Below, one piece after another: positions 1 through 11,950 of a stretch of 64,000 nt of DNA. Made by a program: the position numbers and the translations under genes. Source of the DNA: Felis catus. Its lineage: Eukaryota. The stretch is taken from the NCBI RefSeq assembly GCF_018350175.1, contig NC_058368.1, forward strand, positions 5,518,001-5,582,000. Direction: 5' to 3'. How positions within the stretch are numbered: the stretch's first letter is position 1; every line of letters begins with the position of its first letter. A model generated the notes under the pieces. The model was not told where the DNA came from and searched no databases. It saw only the letters and a list, made by a program, of their open reading frames with translations.

Positions 1-249
1 TTATTTTAACGTCCTTAGTATTTGCGAAGAGCCGCTCCTACCGTCATCACCGCACATTCATACCAGAGGCATTTCGATCTCGATACGTGGAGATCAAAAT
101 AAGGAAACCCAGTGTGGTCCCATGCCAACATTCCTATGAAGTTTGAAATCTAACATATGTGTCATAACCAGCGTTTGTCTTTAGAGGACAATGAAATTAC
201 ACTACCAACTGAGACAGAAGTCATCACCTGTAATACAGAGCAGTTCTTT

Positions 250-432
250 GGGGCATGTGGGTGGCTCAGGCGGTTGAGCATCTGACTCTTGATTTTGGCT
301 CGGATCACGATCCCCAGATTGGGATCCCACGCTCAGTGTGGAGCCTGCTTAGGATTCCCTCCCTCCCTCCCTCCCCAACCCCCCCCCCGCCCCTCTCCCA
401 TGGGCACACTCTCTCTCAAAAATAAAAAAATA
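250..432 (+). mobile_element. Can-SINE (older subfamily)
   Basis: GGGGCA..GGGTGGCTCAG head, CT-rich region and A tail; TSD AGAGC(A/G)GTTCTT at 237-248 and 433-444. Confidence 0.88.
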
Positions 433-927
433 AGAGCGGTTCTTATTAAAATTGTAGTTGGGTTTTTTTTTTTCCCCATTAGACACAAGTCGATACTCTT
501 ATTATCATTGGCACTCTTTGTGCCAAGCATTGTACCAGGTGCCAAGATCCAAAAGAAAATAGTCTTTGCTTTCCAGGAATTAGTCCCTTGAGAAAGACAC
601 ATATATAAGTCATTTCAGGGTGATGAGGTGTGTGTGCCGATTGAGGGATTGACCAGGGGGCTCTAGGTTAGGTCGAGAGGGTGGGTCCTCTCCCAAGGAG
701 ATGACGTTGGAGCTGGTCTTCAAAATGAGTGGAAGGTAGTGGAGGGGGGGTGGGGGGAGACAGGGAGTTGGATGAGAAGATTTGTCAGGAAAAGCAGGGC
801 AGTAAGACCATGGGGGGGGTAAGGTGGGGCATGGGCGTTGTCAGGGAGGCAGTGTCTGGAAAGGAGCTCCGTGAGGCACTCGGTGCTCAGGAACCTTTTT
901 TTTTTTTTTTTTAAGAAATTTATTGTA

Positions 928-1151
928 GGGGCGCCTGGGTGGCGCAGTCGGTTAAGCGTCCGACTTCAGCCAGGTCACGATCTCGCGGTCCGTGAGTTCG
1001 AGCCCCGCGTCAGGCTCTGGGCTGATGGCTCAGAGCCTGGAGCCTGTTTCCCATTCTGTGTCTCCCTCTCTCTCTGCCCCTCCCCCGTTCATGCTCTGTC
1101 TCTCTCTGTCCCCAAAAAAATAAATAAACGTTGAAAAAAAAATTAAAAAAA
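928..1151 (+). mobile_element. Young SINEC_Fc-type Can-SINE
   Basis: Full-length with CpGs intact; perfect 15-bp TSD AAGAAATTTATTGTA at 913-927 and 1152-1166. Confidence 0.95.
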
Positions 1152-1354
1152 AAGAAATTTATTGTAATTTAATATAGTGGTCTGAGTTCAGAGAAATAAA
1201 GGGGAAATTATGTGTTTGAAACATTAACTTTGCAGCCCAAATATGGAAGAGACTCAAAAAACCAGAAAATAAAAATAAAACCAGGCATACACAGGAAAGC
1301 AGACAATTCTAGATATAGACATAATGCTCCCCTCAGGGTCTATTACTATTACAT

Positions 1355-1503
1355 GGTTTTAGCAGTTTTGTGGAGGTATAATGGATATGCAAAAACGGCA
1401 GGTGCTTGGTGTGTACAATTTGGTGAGTTTGGACAAACACAAATACCCGTGAAACCATCACCACAGTCAAAGTTAATGGACGTGTACTCATCACCTCCTA
1501 AAA
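1355..1503 (-). mobile_element. Ancient L1M 3' end fragment
   Basis: GAGGTATAA...GTGTACAATTTGGTGAGTTTGGACAAA...CCCGTGAAACCATCACCACAGTCAA is typical of antisense L1M 3' ends. Confidence 0.6.
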
Positions 1504-2820
1504 TGTGATCTGGAATGGTGATCTACTAAACTCAGGCTTGTTCCTGGAGGGGAACCCTGAGGAATTCAAGAAAGAGCAGTAAAAAGATTGGCCTTATGAA
1601 CACAGCAAGGCTGTGGTGTAGACAGGAGTTGGGGTGGGGGCGGGGGGGGGGGCAACAAACCCATGGTGTTTCTTCGGATTTTCTTTAAAAATGAAAAGGA
1701 AGTTAAAAGGGGAAGTTCTGGTCATTATTGAGAAGAAGAATTACTTGACATAACGGTACATCGTCTCCTTCATTTCTGATCGGTGACGTCTAAGCTTGCT
1801 TTAAAAATAATTATTTGCATGTAAAGAGCTCCTACCTGTGTATAGAAAATCTCTGTTTTGAACGAGTTGCTCTGGAAAAACATAGAAGTCCTTTTGGGAT
1901 TACGTTGGTAGTTCGGTAAAGTAACGTAGCTGCGACAGATCTGTTTTTGAAAACTGAGAATTTGTCCAGGGTCTAAAGTTGAAGTGCGTTTTTGGACTAT
2001 ACCACAGCATCCTGGAAAACTGAAATGGGGCTTGGGCACACTGTCTATAGGGGTGCCGGTGAGCTCCCAGCCAGCACTGCTGTCCTCAGGGTACAAACTG
2101 TACATTTTTCTGGTGAAATATACCTCACCGTGTAAATGTGATTTATTTGGTGGGGGGGGGGGTGCGGGAGGGGGCCTCTTTCTCCTACAACCTTCTCTGG
2201 ATTTATTTGAAGGTAACTAAGGTAATCCCATGCCCTTGGCTCATTTTGAACTCAGCCTCATCAACAGATGTTTAGTGAGGCTGGATGGTGCCTTTAACGA
2301 GAGGGCTAGAGGCACGGTGCAAAGAAACGTCAGCAACTTCTTTCTTTTTCTGTACGCTTTGGTGTTTAGAACGTTGAGAGGTAGCTCTGTGAGTCTATAA
2401 ATATCTTGAAGTGTAATATCACTCAAATGGCTACAATCAAAGGCAAAGGTGGTCACAAAAGCGTTCAGGGAGGAGTTCAATTGAGGAAGGTCTCCGGGGC
2501 ATTTAATCAGCTTTTGTTTTTAAGAACTTATGTGCTGTTTCATCGTAAGAGTAGTACACGTTTCTGACGTGAACCGGAGAGAACAAAAATGCAGGAATAA
2601 TTCACCTAAATCCATTCTTGTCAGCGATAACCACTTTCTAACTTACTTCCTCCTGCAATTGTATCTCTGCGTGTACACGTGTATGTCCGTTTAATAGTGC
2701 ACGCCCCAAACTGGATGCCACTGCACCTGCAATCGCCCAGCTTGCTGTCTTCGTTCAATAGTACACAGTGGATGTATGCCCGTGTTCCATGTGGACACAG
2801 TTTAGATCTTCAGCATTCTC

Positions 2821-2959
2821 TTTTTAAAAATTTTTTCTTAACGTTTATTCATTTTTGAGAGACAGAGACAGAGCACGAGTGGGGGAGGGGCAGAGAGAGT
2901 GAGGGAGCCACAGAATCCAAAGCAGACTCCAGGCTCTGAGCTCCCAGCCCAGAGCCCGA
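2821..2959 (-). mobile_element. 5'-truncated Can-SINE
   Basis: T-rich tail, (GA)-rich stretch and CAGAATCCAAAGCAGACTCCAGGCTCTGAG; the head is missing. Confidence 0.85.
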
Positions 2960-3295
2960 GAGGTCTGCGTTCCTAATGGCGTGGGGCTTGCAGACGATGC
3001 TCTCGGGCTGTCTGAGGGCTATCACCTTGTGTCCTGATCCGTTCCTTTCTTAGCATAAATTCGTGCAGTGGAGTTGCCTGTTCAGAAGTCAAACGGAGTT
3101 ATATATATGCACGTCGGTAGTATATCAGGGTGCTTATTTACCTCCGCATCAACTTGTATATCCGTAGTGCGTTCAGTTTTTGACAAACTCTGTTCACACT
3201 GTTCCCTTCCCTTCCCTTCTCCTGAACTGCTCTTTTGTCGGCTCTGCCCACCATCTCCTCCGGTTCTCTCAGAACTAAGAGAAAGACCTCTGTTG

Positions 3296-3326
<31 letters not shown>

Positions 3327-4904
3327 ACTGGCTCACCACCCTCCACTGTGTCTTCGGCTGCTCTCTTAGGCTCCAGCAGCCCTCAGCTCAAGTGCACCTG
3401 GCTGGAGTGGTGCATGAATAGGTCTTAGGTTTCCTGCTGGGGCTTACAGGACTGGCCGCGGCAGGTAGAAGAACGCCGTCTGGGCCACGAAGCCCGGAAG
3501 CCTGGCAAGTGGCGTCACAAACAGACCTGTGTGATGCACGTTGGGACTTGCAAACCGAGTGATAACACTCGAGGGCGTGGCCCCACAGCTGCCTTTAGCT
3601 CAACCCATACACATTTCGAAACCCCTTTTTTGCTTATTCAGCACCCAGCTCGGTGCTGATTCCTATGAATGTTGGCCAGACACTCTGGTTGTGTGGTTAT
3701 TCGCTTCCCGTTCCCTTTAATGAATGCGACGCTCGGCCTTTTAGAGCAATTTACGTAGCAAGTTTACGTAGCTGTCAATTTGGAGACTCGTTCCAGGTGG
3801 GGTAAGAGCATCCACAGCTATTGTGTGAGTGCCAGCCACGAGCCTTCACTACCAGCCGATAAAGAGTTCCAGAACGTAGAAAGAAAAGTGGCACACATTG
3901 GGGTACGTTGCAAAGCAGCGAGGGGGGTGCTGGCCTCCGTCGGGGGGGTGGGATCGCAGAGGAAACGTTATCCTCGGCGTAGAGGGATGGTCCTGCCACG
4001 TCTGTAAGGAGGTTTCCTAGCTTCTGTTTGGGACACGTGTTGTCAGAAGTGCTGGCAACCCCACGAGAGGCTGGGAACGTCCTGCAGCGAAGCATCTCCC
4101 TGCCTGTGGGAAGGGTCTCCTCTGCCACGGTGCTTGGTGGGTGGGTGTGCACAAAAAGAAACACCACCTGTGTCAAAATTTAGCTCCCAGAGTTAAGGAA
4201 AAGTCTGCTTCCTGAGTGAACATAGCATCTGGAAGAAATAGAGAGGGGCTATTTCCTAACTGCCATTCAAGTGTGTTAAGCCAAGTGTCCTGCGTAGTTT
4301 TCTCTCCTTCATTCACTCGGGGACTTGAAAAGAAATCGTTCCCCTTGCGCGTAGCATCATGTGTGTACCACTTCTTCCAAGAGCAGTACCGTTTGACTCC
4401 GTCAGCATTGAGAGCCCCACCTGATCACCGCAGCACCCCAAAAGCGTGAGGCTGTCATTACAAATCTGACTTAATTTGCCCCGTGCATTTTTATCGGTTG
4501 ACTAGTTTGCCGCACTCTGTGTGGCTGGATTGCTTAATATAGTTTTCTTTATTCTGTTGATGACCTGAACTTCATTACCAGCTGATAGGGAGTTCCAGAA
4601 TGTAGAAAGAAACCTGGCCAAGAGGATTGGTGGCTTACTAAACTAACTGGCCCTGGCCTCTGCTTTGTTACTGATGAGACTATCAGAGAGCAAGTCCCAC
4701 AGAGTGTGCTCACTGCCATGGTCAGTGCCCAGGCCCGCAAGGCCGTTATCTTTCCAGGAAGCTGTGGCCTTCTCTATTTGCTCCTTAGGAAAATTTCAAC
4801 TTTAAACATTTCAAATGGAAAAACCCTATGTGATTTTTTTTTTAGAGCTTTTACTAATATGATTTAATGGGCTGTAGCTAGCTTCTTAAAATCAGTCAAA
4901 ACTG

Positions 4905-5139
4905 GGGGCGCCTGGGTGGCGCAGTCGGTTAAGCGTCCGACTTCAGCCAGGTCACGATCTCGCGGCCCGTGAGTTCGAGCCCCGCGTCAGGCTCTGGGCT
5001 GATGGCTCAGAGCCTGGAGCCTGTTTCCGATTCTGTGTCTCCCTCTCTCTCTGCCCCTCCCCCGTTCATGCTCTGTCTCTCTCTGTCCCAAAAATAAATA
5101 AACATTGAAAAAAAAAATTTTTTAAAAAATAAAAAAAAA
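4905..5139 (+). mobile_element. Young SINEC_Fc-type Can-SINE
   Basis: Full-length; perfect 17-bp TSD AAAATCAGTCAAAACTG at 4888-4904 and 5140-5156. Confidence 0.95.
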
Positions 5140-5337
5140 AAAATCAGTCAAAACTGTCTTTTCAATAATGTTGAAAAATATTTTTCTTTGAGTAAAAATT
5201 AGTCTCTTCAATTTTAAGATAATTTCACTTGCAAGTTTGGAGCTCAATAAAGTCCTGGGTTAAGTAAGTGTCCTGGAGAATTGTCTGATGTCAAAAAGTA
5301 GGCAAAGAGGTCCTAGCTTTAAAATTCGTTGGAATCT

Positions 5338-5603
5338 GGGGCACCTGGGAGGCTTAGTCGGTTAAGCGTTCAACTTCAGCTCGGGTCATCATCTCACAGT
5401 CTGTGAGTTCGAGCCCCGCATCGGGCTCTGGGCTGACAGCTCAGAGCCTGGAGCCTGCTTCAGATTCTGTGTCTCTGCCCCTCCCCTGCTCGTGCTCTGT
5501 CTCTCTCTGCCCCTCCCCTGCTCGTGCTCTGTCTCTCTCTGCCCCTCCCCTGCTTGTGCTCTGTCTCTCTCTGTCTCAAAAATAAATAAAAACATTAAAA
5601 AAA
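5338..5603 (+). mobile_element. Can-SINE with internal 32-bp triplication
   Basis: SINE head and tail; three tandem copies of CTCTGCCCCTCCCCTGCTCGTGCTCTGTCTCT at 5473-5568. Confidence 0.9.
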
Positions 5604-7109
5604 TGTTTTTTAATTTGTTCAGATCAAATATCAACAAATTTGTTTTAATTGAGTTTTTGTATTATTTTATCATCATTTCAGAGATAAAGTGCTTTTGAGA
5701 TTTTATTTTTTACCATAACAACAGATCATCTGTGACGTAAGAGAATATGTAATTACGGATTTCATTGGGATTTTTAGGTTAACTGAAAATGGTCATGTGT
5801 CGGAGGGGCATTTCTGTTTTTGACTTGTTCACTGGTATTATTTGACATAATGAGGCTTCTTTGAGATTTGTCTTCTACCGAATTTCTGTCCTTTTTCTTT
5901 GGGAAGAGTAAAATGGATTCTAGACTCCCGTTTTATTAATTACATTCCTACTGGGCTATTTGCTGCTTTGTTTCATTTTGGGAAACCAGAGTAAGCGGAA
6001 AAACTTTTTCTAGTACATGAATGAGAAAGAATCATACTCCCACGTTTGATCCTGCTCGAGGGGGAGAGCATCCTTGTGACGGCTACGCGTCTTTTGAGTT
6101 TATAACGTGTTCTAGTGAGCAGCTGACATGATTTTAAGGCAAGAGGACAGACTAAGCTGATCACACAGTCCTAATCATTCAAGAAAACTCTGATATGATT
6201 ACAGTGCCATCTTCTGAGGCAGGCTTTCCCCACTTTGACTCACGACTGCACCGGGGGACAGAGCTGTGGAGGGAGGTGTGCTGACCCTCGTTTGTTCTTT
6301 GTTCCCATGCGTTCCCTGCCCCAAACCTCCATGGGCTCCATTTCTCTCCGCAGCATCTAGCAGAACTGCTTCTGTTATTTCTGCAATGTGACCCGTGGAG
6401 GTAAACTTGGCAGAGGACCCTGTGTGCCAAACACTTTGGGCGTATGGACAGTTAAAAACGGAAGACGTAATCTTTATCCTGCAAGAACGCACAATCTTAT
6501 TTGTGTTTACGTACGTTCACGGTCAGTATGTCTGGATAGTGGAGTGAATTATTATGCAATTTAACAGGTCGGCATACAAAGAAATTAGGTAAAATTATAC
6601 ATGAAAGCAATCAGATACAGGACGTTAAGGTGGGGGGTGGTAAATTCAGATAAGGACACATCAGCCAAAATTTTCTTCCCTGCTGTTTCTCATCCCACCT
6701 CCATCCACCCTGAAATGCCGGGAGGACCTGAAGTCAGGAACTTAGGGGAGGACCTTCCCAGCCAGGACTAGCATGGAGCCTGGCTGGCGTCCTCAATGAA
6801 GAGGTGGTGAGGGGTGGCTGGCACTTAATCCAAGAGTCAGGAAGAAGCTAAGAGAGGGGTTTTCCCCGTCTTTCAAAATGCTTGCCCACCGATAGCGTTC
6901 CTTTGGTCTTTGTGACTCTTCTGTGAGACACATGGCAGGGGTGACTCCCTCAAATTGAAAGCAGAGAACCGAGAATCAGGATCAGGTAACCTCGTGGGGC
7001 TCTCACCGTGCTGGGAGTAGATGATCCGTGCCCGTCCGCCAGCCCGGCCTGGCCGGATTGCTCAGCGGAAGTGTGGGACACTTCCCGAGTGGGTGTGTGC
7101 ACAGTAGCC

Positions 7110-7340
7110 GGGCGTGTAGCTGAGTGGCTAAGCAGGCAGACCCTGGAGTGCGACGGCTGTGGTCACGTCCTGTCTTGGGTCAGGCTTTGTGACCTTGGGC
7201 ACAGTGTGCCAGCCTCCCTGGCCTAGTTTTCTCACCCTTGAGTTGGTCAGGATGGCCCTGCCGATTTCTCAGAGTCGCAGCGAGGATTAAACTAGCTCGG
7301 TCACGGATGGCTAAGTACCGTGTGTTCAATCAGCACTTGT
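7110..7340 (+). mobile_element. MIR relic
   Basis: TGTGACCTTGGGCACAGT...GCCTCCCTGGCCTAGTTTTCTCACC...GAGGATTAAA resembles the MIR core. Confidence 0.55.
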
Positions 7341-7414
7341 GGCTGGTCTTTTATTATTATCACTATAAATAAAATAATAATATTTTTTCTTCCAACTTGA
7401 AAGTATAGGTTTTA

Positions 7415-7536
7415 GTGCTCGCTTTGGCAGCATATATACTAAAATTGGAAAAAGAAAACAAGAGAAGCTTCGCATGATCCCTTCTGGGGATAACACACAA
7501 ATTTGTGACGCATTCCATTAAAAAAAACAAAACAAA
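7415..7536 (+). pseudogene. U6 snRNA retrocopy (processed pseudogene)
   Basis: GTGCTCGCTTTGGCAGCATATATACTAAAATTGGAA...AGAGAAGCTTCGCATGATCCC...CAAATTTGTGACGCATTCCAT follows U6 along its full length with many substitutions. It is followed by an A-rich tail and flanked by a decayed TSD (AGTATAGGTTTTA 7402-7414; AGCGTAAGTCTTA 7539-7551). Confidence 0.9.
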
Positions 7537-7941
7537 GCAGCGTAAGTCTTAGAGCCTAAGAAATATTAGAAATCCTCATTGTTGGTCGCAGAGGAGAGAG
7601 AAAAACTGGAGAGGCTGCCTGCCTAGGTGGGAAGAGGCAAGAATCCCATTTATGCTCCTCTCTGGGGGGCCCTCCCACTCGAAGCCTTCCCCCTTATTCC
7701 TCCTGGTTCGTGTGGTCACGCGGGGCCATCACCTGCGTCCTCCCCTCCCCACAGTGTGAACAACGAGCACTCCGAAACTCTGGGCGTGAACAGACTCTCC
7801 AAGGGATGGGGAGGGTGGGAGCTGTTGGAAGAAGGATGGAATTTTCCCCACATGTGAGTTATTATCACCTCGGACCTCGGGTCACGGAATCTGGTTCTGG
7901 GCCTTATACCACTCTGAGTGTGGGCCATATGATTTTTAAAA

Positions 7942-8132
7942 AGGCACCTGGGTGGCTCAGTCAGTTGAGCGTCCGACCCTTGGTTTTGGCTCAGGTCATG
8001 ATCCCAAGATTGTAGGTTGGAGCCCCAACCTACACGTCAAGCTCTGTGCTGAGCCTGGAGCCTGCCTAAGATTCTCTCTCCCCCTCTGCCCCCTCCCCAC
8101 TTGCTTTCTCTCTCTCTCTCCCTCTCTCTCAA
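7942..8132 (+). mobile_element. Can-SINE lacking an A tail
   Basis: GGCACCTGGGTGGCTCAGTCAGTTGAGCGTCCGAC head through to the (CT)n region. Confidence 0.88.
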
Positions 8133-9357
8133 CCTCTTATATCAGACTCCCTTATCTGAGGCTGCGTTTGGTTGATGACTCCCATTTTAGCTGGAAGGTG
8201 GGTATGATTGCAAGATTTAAGCGTTTCTCGCCATCTCCTTTGTATTTCTAGCTTTTTATGGGACGAGAGCCCTTGCTGAATGCGCTCCTGGTACCTTTCC
8301 TCGACTCCTCAGGTCTCCTGGCTGGAATCTTCTTCATCCTAAACTCCCCCCTGGCCATAGCCCTGGTCCGAGTGGGCATGTATGTAGCTAGCTCTGGTCT
8401 TGATCTCCTCGCCAAGCTCAGCATCAGGCCCTCCGCCCTGACAGCAGCATTGATCTTTCTCACTTGTCCAATGCAGCTGCCAGCCAAGGTGGACGGGGCA
8501 GATGTTGGTAGCGCTGACCCCGCCTATCGAACCACATAAATGGCACACTGGACTTTCAGGTGGTGGCTGTTGCTTCGAGGAGGTGGTAACCTGATTAATG
8601 TGGTTATTGGTGTATTAATCGACTCTGAAAAGTATAGCTACCAGGTGGACTTGAAGGTTGAGATTTGGGCTTCTCTGAACAGGTGTTGTAACGAACAAGT
8701 CACTTTCATCTTTCTTTTTCTTTGATCAAAACTGAAAGATGATCATTATTTAGTATGATAAGTGTGTTCTTGAACATGAATTGGAAACAATTAAAATGAA
8801 GAATAAGCACAAGGAGGGCTGTGTTTGAAGTCCAAAAACAATCATTTAAAAATGGGTAATTCAACAGGCATTTGTTACCTATTGTATTTGGTGCCACGGG
8901 TTTTAAAGATGAGTAAAAGAAATCCCTAAGACCAGGTAACTCATAGCCTAATTATGGAGACGAAGTACCACACAGCAAACTGTATTCCAGACCAGACTTT
9001 GTCCAAAGAAGTGTTGTTCTGCTAGTGTTCAGTCAGTTAGGAGAGCAAGTCACAAATTAAACTTGCACTAGGTCAGGTTTATTACTCTTAGACTTGGCTG
9101 CTACAGTTGATTTCTCCTGTGGGTGCACGGCGTCCTGGGCTCACGTTCTCTCTTTATGCAGACCCGCACGTGGTTGGTCACGAGGCCCATGGTCGCTTCT
9201 GCCCCACACCAGGCCCTCCTGCCCCATCTGCCTGATGTCCGTCGATCTTTCTCGACCACTTTCCAGGACTTCAGCGCATTTATAGAACCAGCACGTTCAT
9301 CTTCATGTTCTGCTTTAGCAGCGGTAGAATGCTGCTGCCTTCCTCCCTCCCCCCGAT

Positions 9358-9586
9358 AGACTTTATTTTCTGGAACAATTTTAGGTTCACAGCAGAATGG
9401 AGTGGAATGTACAGAGATATTTACAACACATGCAGCGCCTCCCCGCCACGCCCTCCCCCTCTGGTCCCAACAATGGTACATTTGTTACAATTGATGAACT
9501 ACATTGACCTGTCCTTATTACCCAGAGTCCATTGTGCACATTAGAATTCACTCTTGGTGTAAATTCTGTGGATTTGGACAAATGTA
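9358..9586 (-). mobile_element. Ancient L1M (L1MB/MC-like) 3' end
   Basis: TTTTAGGTTCACAGCAGAAT...GGTACATTTGTTACAATTGATGAAC...TTCACTCTTGGTGT motif. Confidence 0.7.
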
Positions 9587-11253
9587 CCCCAGAAAAGCGT
9601 GATCATTTCTCGCTATTGAGATCAAGAATTAGTGGCTTATTAAATACAGGCTTCAGGTCTGAGAAGGGGTGTGTGGTTCTTGGAGAAAAGAGTTTTGTCT
9701 GACTTCTCCGCGTTTCTACCCAACAAATTCCACTCCCAGATTTTCAGATTGGAGAGAGTGGGTGCACGTGGTGCCGGTCACTGCCATCCCTGTGGCTCTT
9801 AAGGCTCTCGGTTGCTTGCATGAGGCCTGGGGTCAAGGTCAGGAGACACACAGGCTGCCCCGCTTTTTCCGGGGTACAGATAGTTACAGTTTGGCTTATT
9901 TCTCGGGTTGGTAATCTGGTGACCTTTGCGACAGGTGACAGGTGAAGGGCAGGTCTAATTAAAATCAGTCTATTAAGCATCTCGGTCGTCATTTATTTTT
10001 AGTGGTGCATGAGCTCATGATGTGTTGGCCCTGAAGGAGCTATAAGCTTGCTCTGAAATGTCAAAACTCAAAGCCTTCTCAGCTTTCCTCTCGGTTCTAT
10101 TTCCTATTCCCACTATCCCCACAGCAAAGTCCAGGCACGCTGTTTTGAAATACTAGTGAAATTTGCAGTGGAGAACAATAAATGTATGTTAACCCCAAGG
10201 AAGGCAGACACTCCTGAGAGGGTTTGGGGGGCTTTAATAAAGCATTTCAAGGAAGCAGAGTATCGAATTAATGCTTTTTGTGCTAAAAACATTAAGGTAT
10301 TTAAATGTGTTATTCTAATCCCTGCTTCAGCCTGGGAACAGAAGGATCTAATATCTCTTATTTAAATCCCAGCCTTCCTAGTCTGGGCCCTTCTTTTCAG
10401 CCTAGCACAGGAAGAAACAGGCTATAGCCAGTTGACTCCAGTGAATATAAACCTGTGTGTAATTCACAACGTACGACCTATTAAAATTTTATATCAAATG
10501 TGGCTGCCCGGATCTTAACATATTCTGTATTGTTTAGTGGAGATGTTAGGTTTTCAGAAGCTAGACTCCTGTCTGAGCGCCGCTTTAATTGCTCTGTTTC
10601 CTGGACACGCAATAAAATTGTCATGGACGCAAGTACAGATGCATAAATCCTGAACCCCCAAGCAGGGGATACTTATTTCAAAGCGAGCCCTTTCTGGTTG
10701 TGGAGTAAACTGATCTTGGGCAGACAGGGTGTCCTCCCTTTCTCCAGAGCCACTCTGAAAACCTCAGCTGCACAGGCAGCATTTATGGCCAAAGCACAGG
10801 ATCAGGTTATAAGGTTTTTGTTCGGTGAATAAAGAATATCAGGTTCCCTCACGACTCACAACTGTAGGATGGCTGGTCTCTACCTCCTAGGCTGGGAGGA
10901 GGAGAATGCTCCCAGGACAGTGAAGGCAGTCCGCAGTCAAGTAGTAATTAAGATCAGTGGTAAATATATCGCCCTGTCCCCAGATCACTCATTAGGGTTT
11001 TTTCCGCCTTTAAAATTCTTGTTTGTTGAGAAGTTTTTTGAGATTTTGGAATCAAGATTGGGGGCCATAGAAGGGTGACTTCAGGTGACTAGACTATTTA
11101 GTCATAACATTATTCATGTTGAAACTCTGGGTCATGCATCCAATGTGAATGTGCAGAATACTTTGATTAAGATACTGGCAAGAGTGTTTTTCAGAGTTTG
11201 ATACTAAAAGGAGAATCAAGGCCACATTTTGTACACTGTGTTTGTATGTGTGT

Positions 11254-11254
<1 letters not shown>

Positions 11255-11290
<36 letters not shown>
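11255..11290. repeat. (GT)18 microsatellite
   Basis: Read directly from the sequence. Confidence 0.95.
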
Positions 11291-11294
<4 letters not shown>

Positions 11295-11719
11295 ACGCAC
11301 CGAATGCTGAGATAATCAGCAACCCCTTTAAGCTTTAGAATTAAACACTGGAGGAGTTAAATGAACTTTTTAAGCAAGGAAACTACTGGTAGTAATTGTT
11401 AATATATTGTTATAGTGGCAAATTTATATAAATAGCATTTTTAAAAAGCTCTCACCTTCTCTCTCGATTCCAGGCCTGCCTGGCTGCCCCTCCTGAGAGA
11501 GGGGCAAGGAGAGAGTGTGAAGGAGGGCTCATCTCCTGTTCTGGAAGTTGAAGTCTATTCTGGAGGCGGAAACATTTAGCCTTAGTATTTTTGAAAAAAC
11601 GAATACTTACACCATGTCGAAAAGAGTCTTTGTACTTTTAGGATGCTTTGGAGATTTTAAGCTTTCTGCAGTTTAAATTTAATATATGCCCAAACGTGTG
11701 TTAAATTCCTAAACTGACT

Positions 11720-11950
11720 GGGGCATCTGGGTGGCTGAGTCGGTTGAGCTTTGGACTCTTGATTTCGGCTGAGGTCACGATCTCACGGTTCATGAGTTCG
11801 AGCCCTGTGTCGGGCTCTGCACTGATGGTGCAGAGCCTGCTTGGGATTCTCTCTCCCTCCTTCTCTCTGTGCCCTTCCCCACTCACTCTGTCTCTCTGTC
11901 TCTGTCTCTGTCTCTCTTTCTCTCTCTCAAAATAAATAAACTTAAAAAAA
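11720..11950 (+). mobile_element. Can-SINE
   Basis: Full-length; TSD ATTCCTAAA(C/A)TGACTG on both sides. Confidence 0.9.

Noticed and set aside
928..1010. tRNA genes suggested by A/B-box motifs
   Set aside because: These are the tRNA-derived heads of Can-SINEs, each followed by a CT-rich body and an A tail.
740..2175. G-rich runs (about 745-830, 1630-1652, 2150-2174) as functional G-quadruplexes
   Set aside because: The motifs are present, but such runs are common in this window and nothing else supports a function.
8220..8548. Overlapping ORFs suggesting a processed pseudogene
   Set aside because: No recognisable protein, poly(A) tail or TSD; the sequence looks more like an L2 relic.
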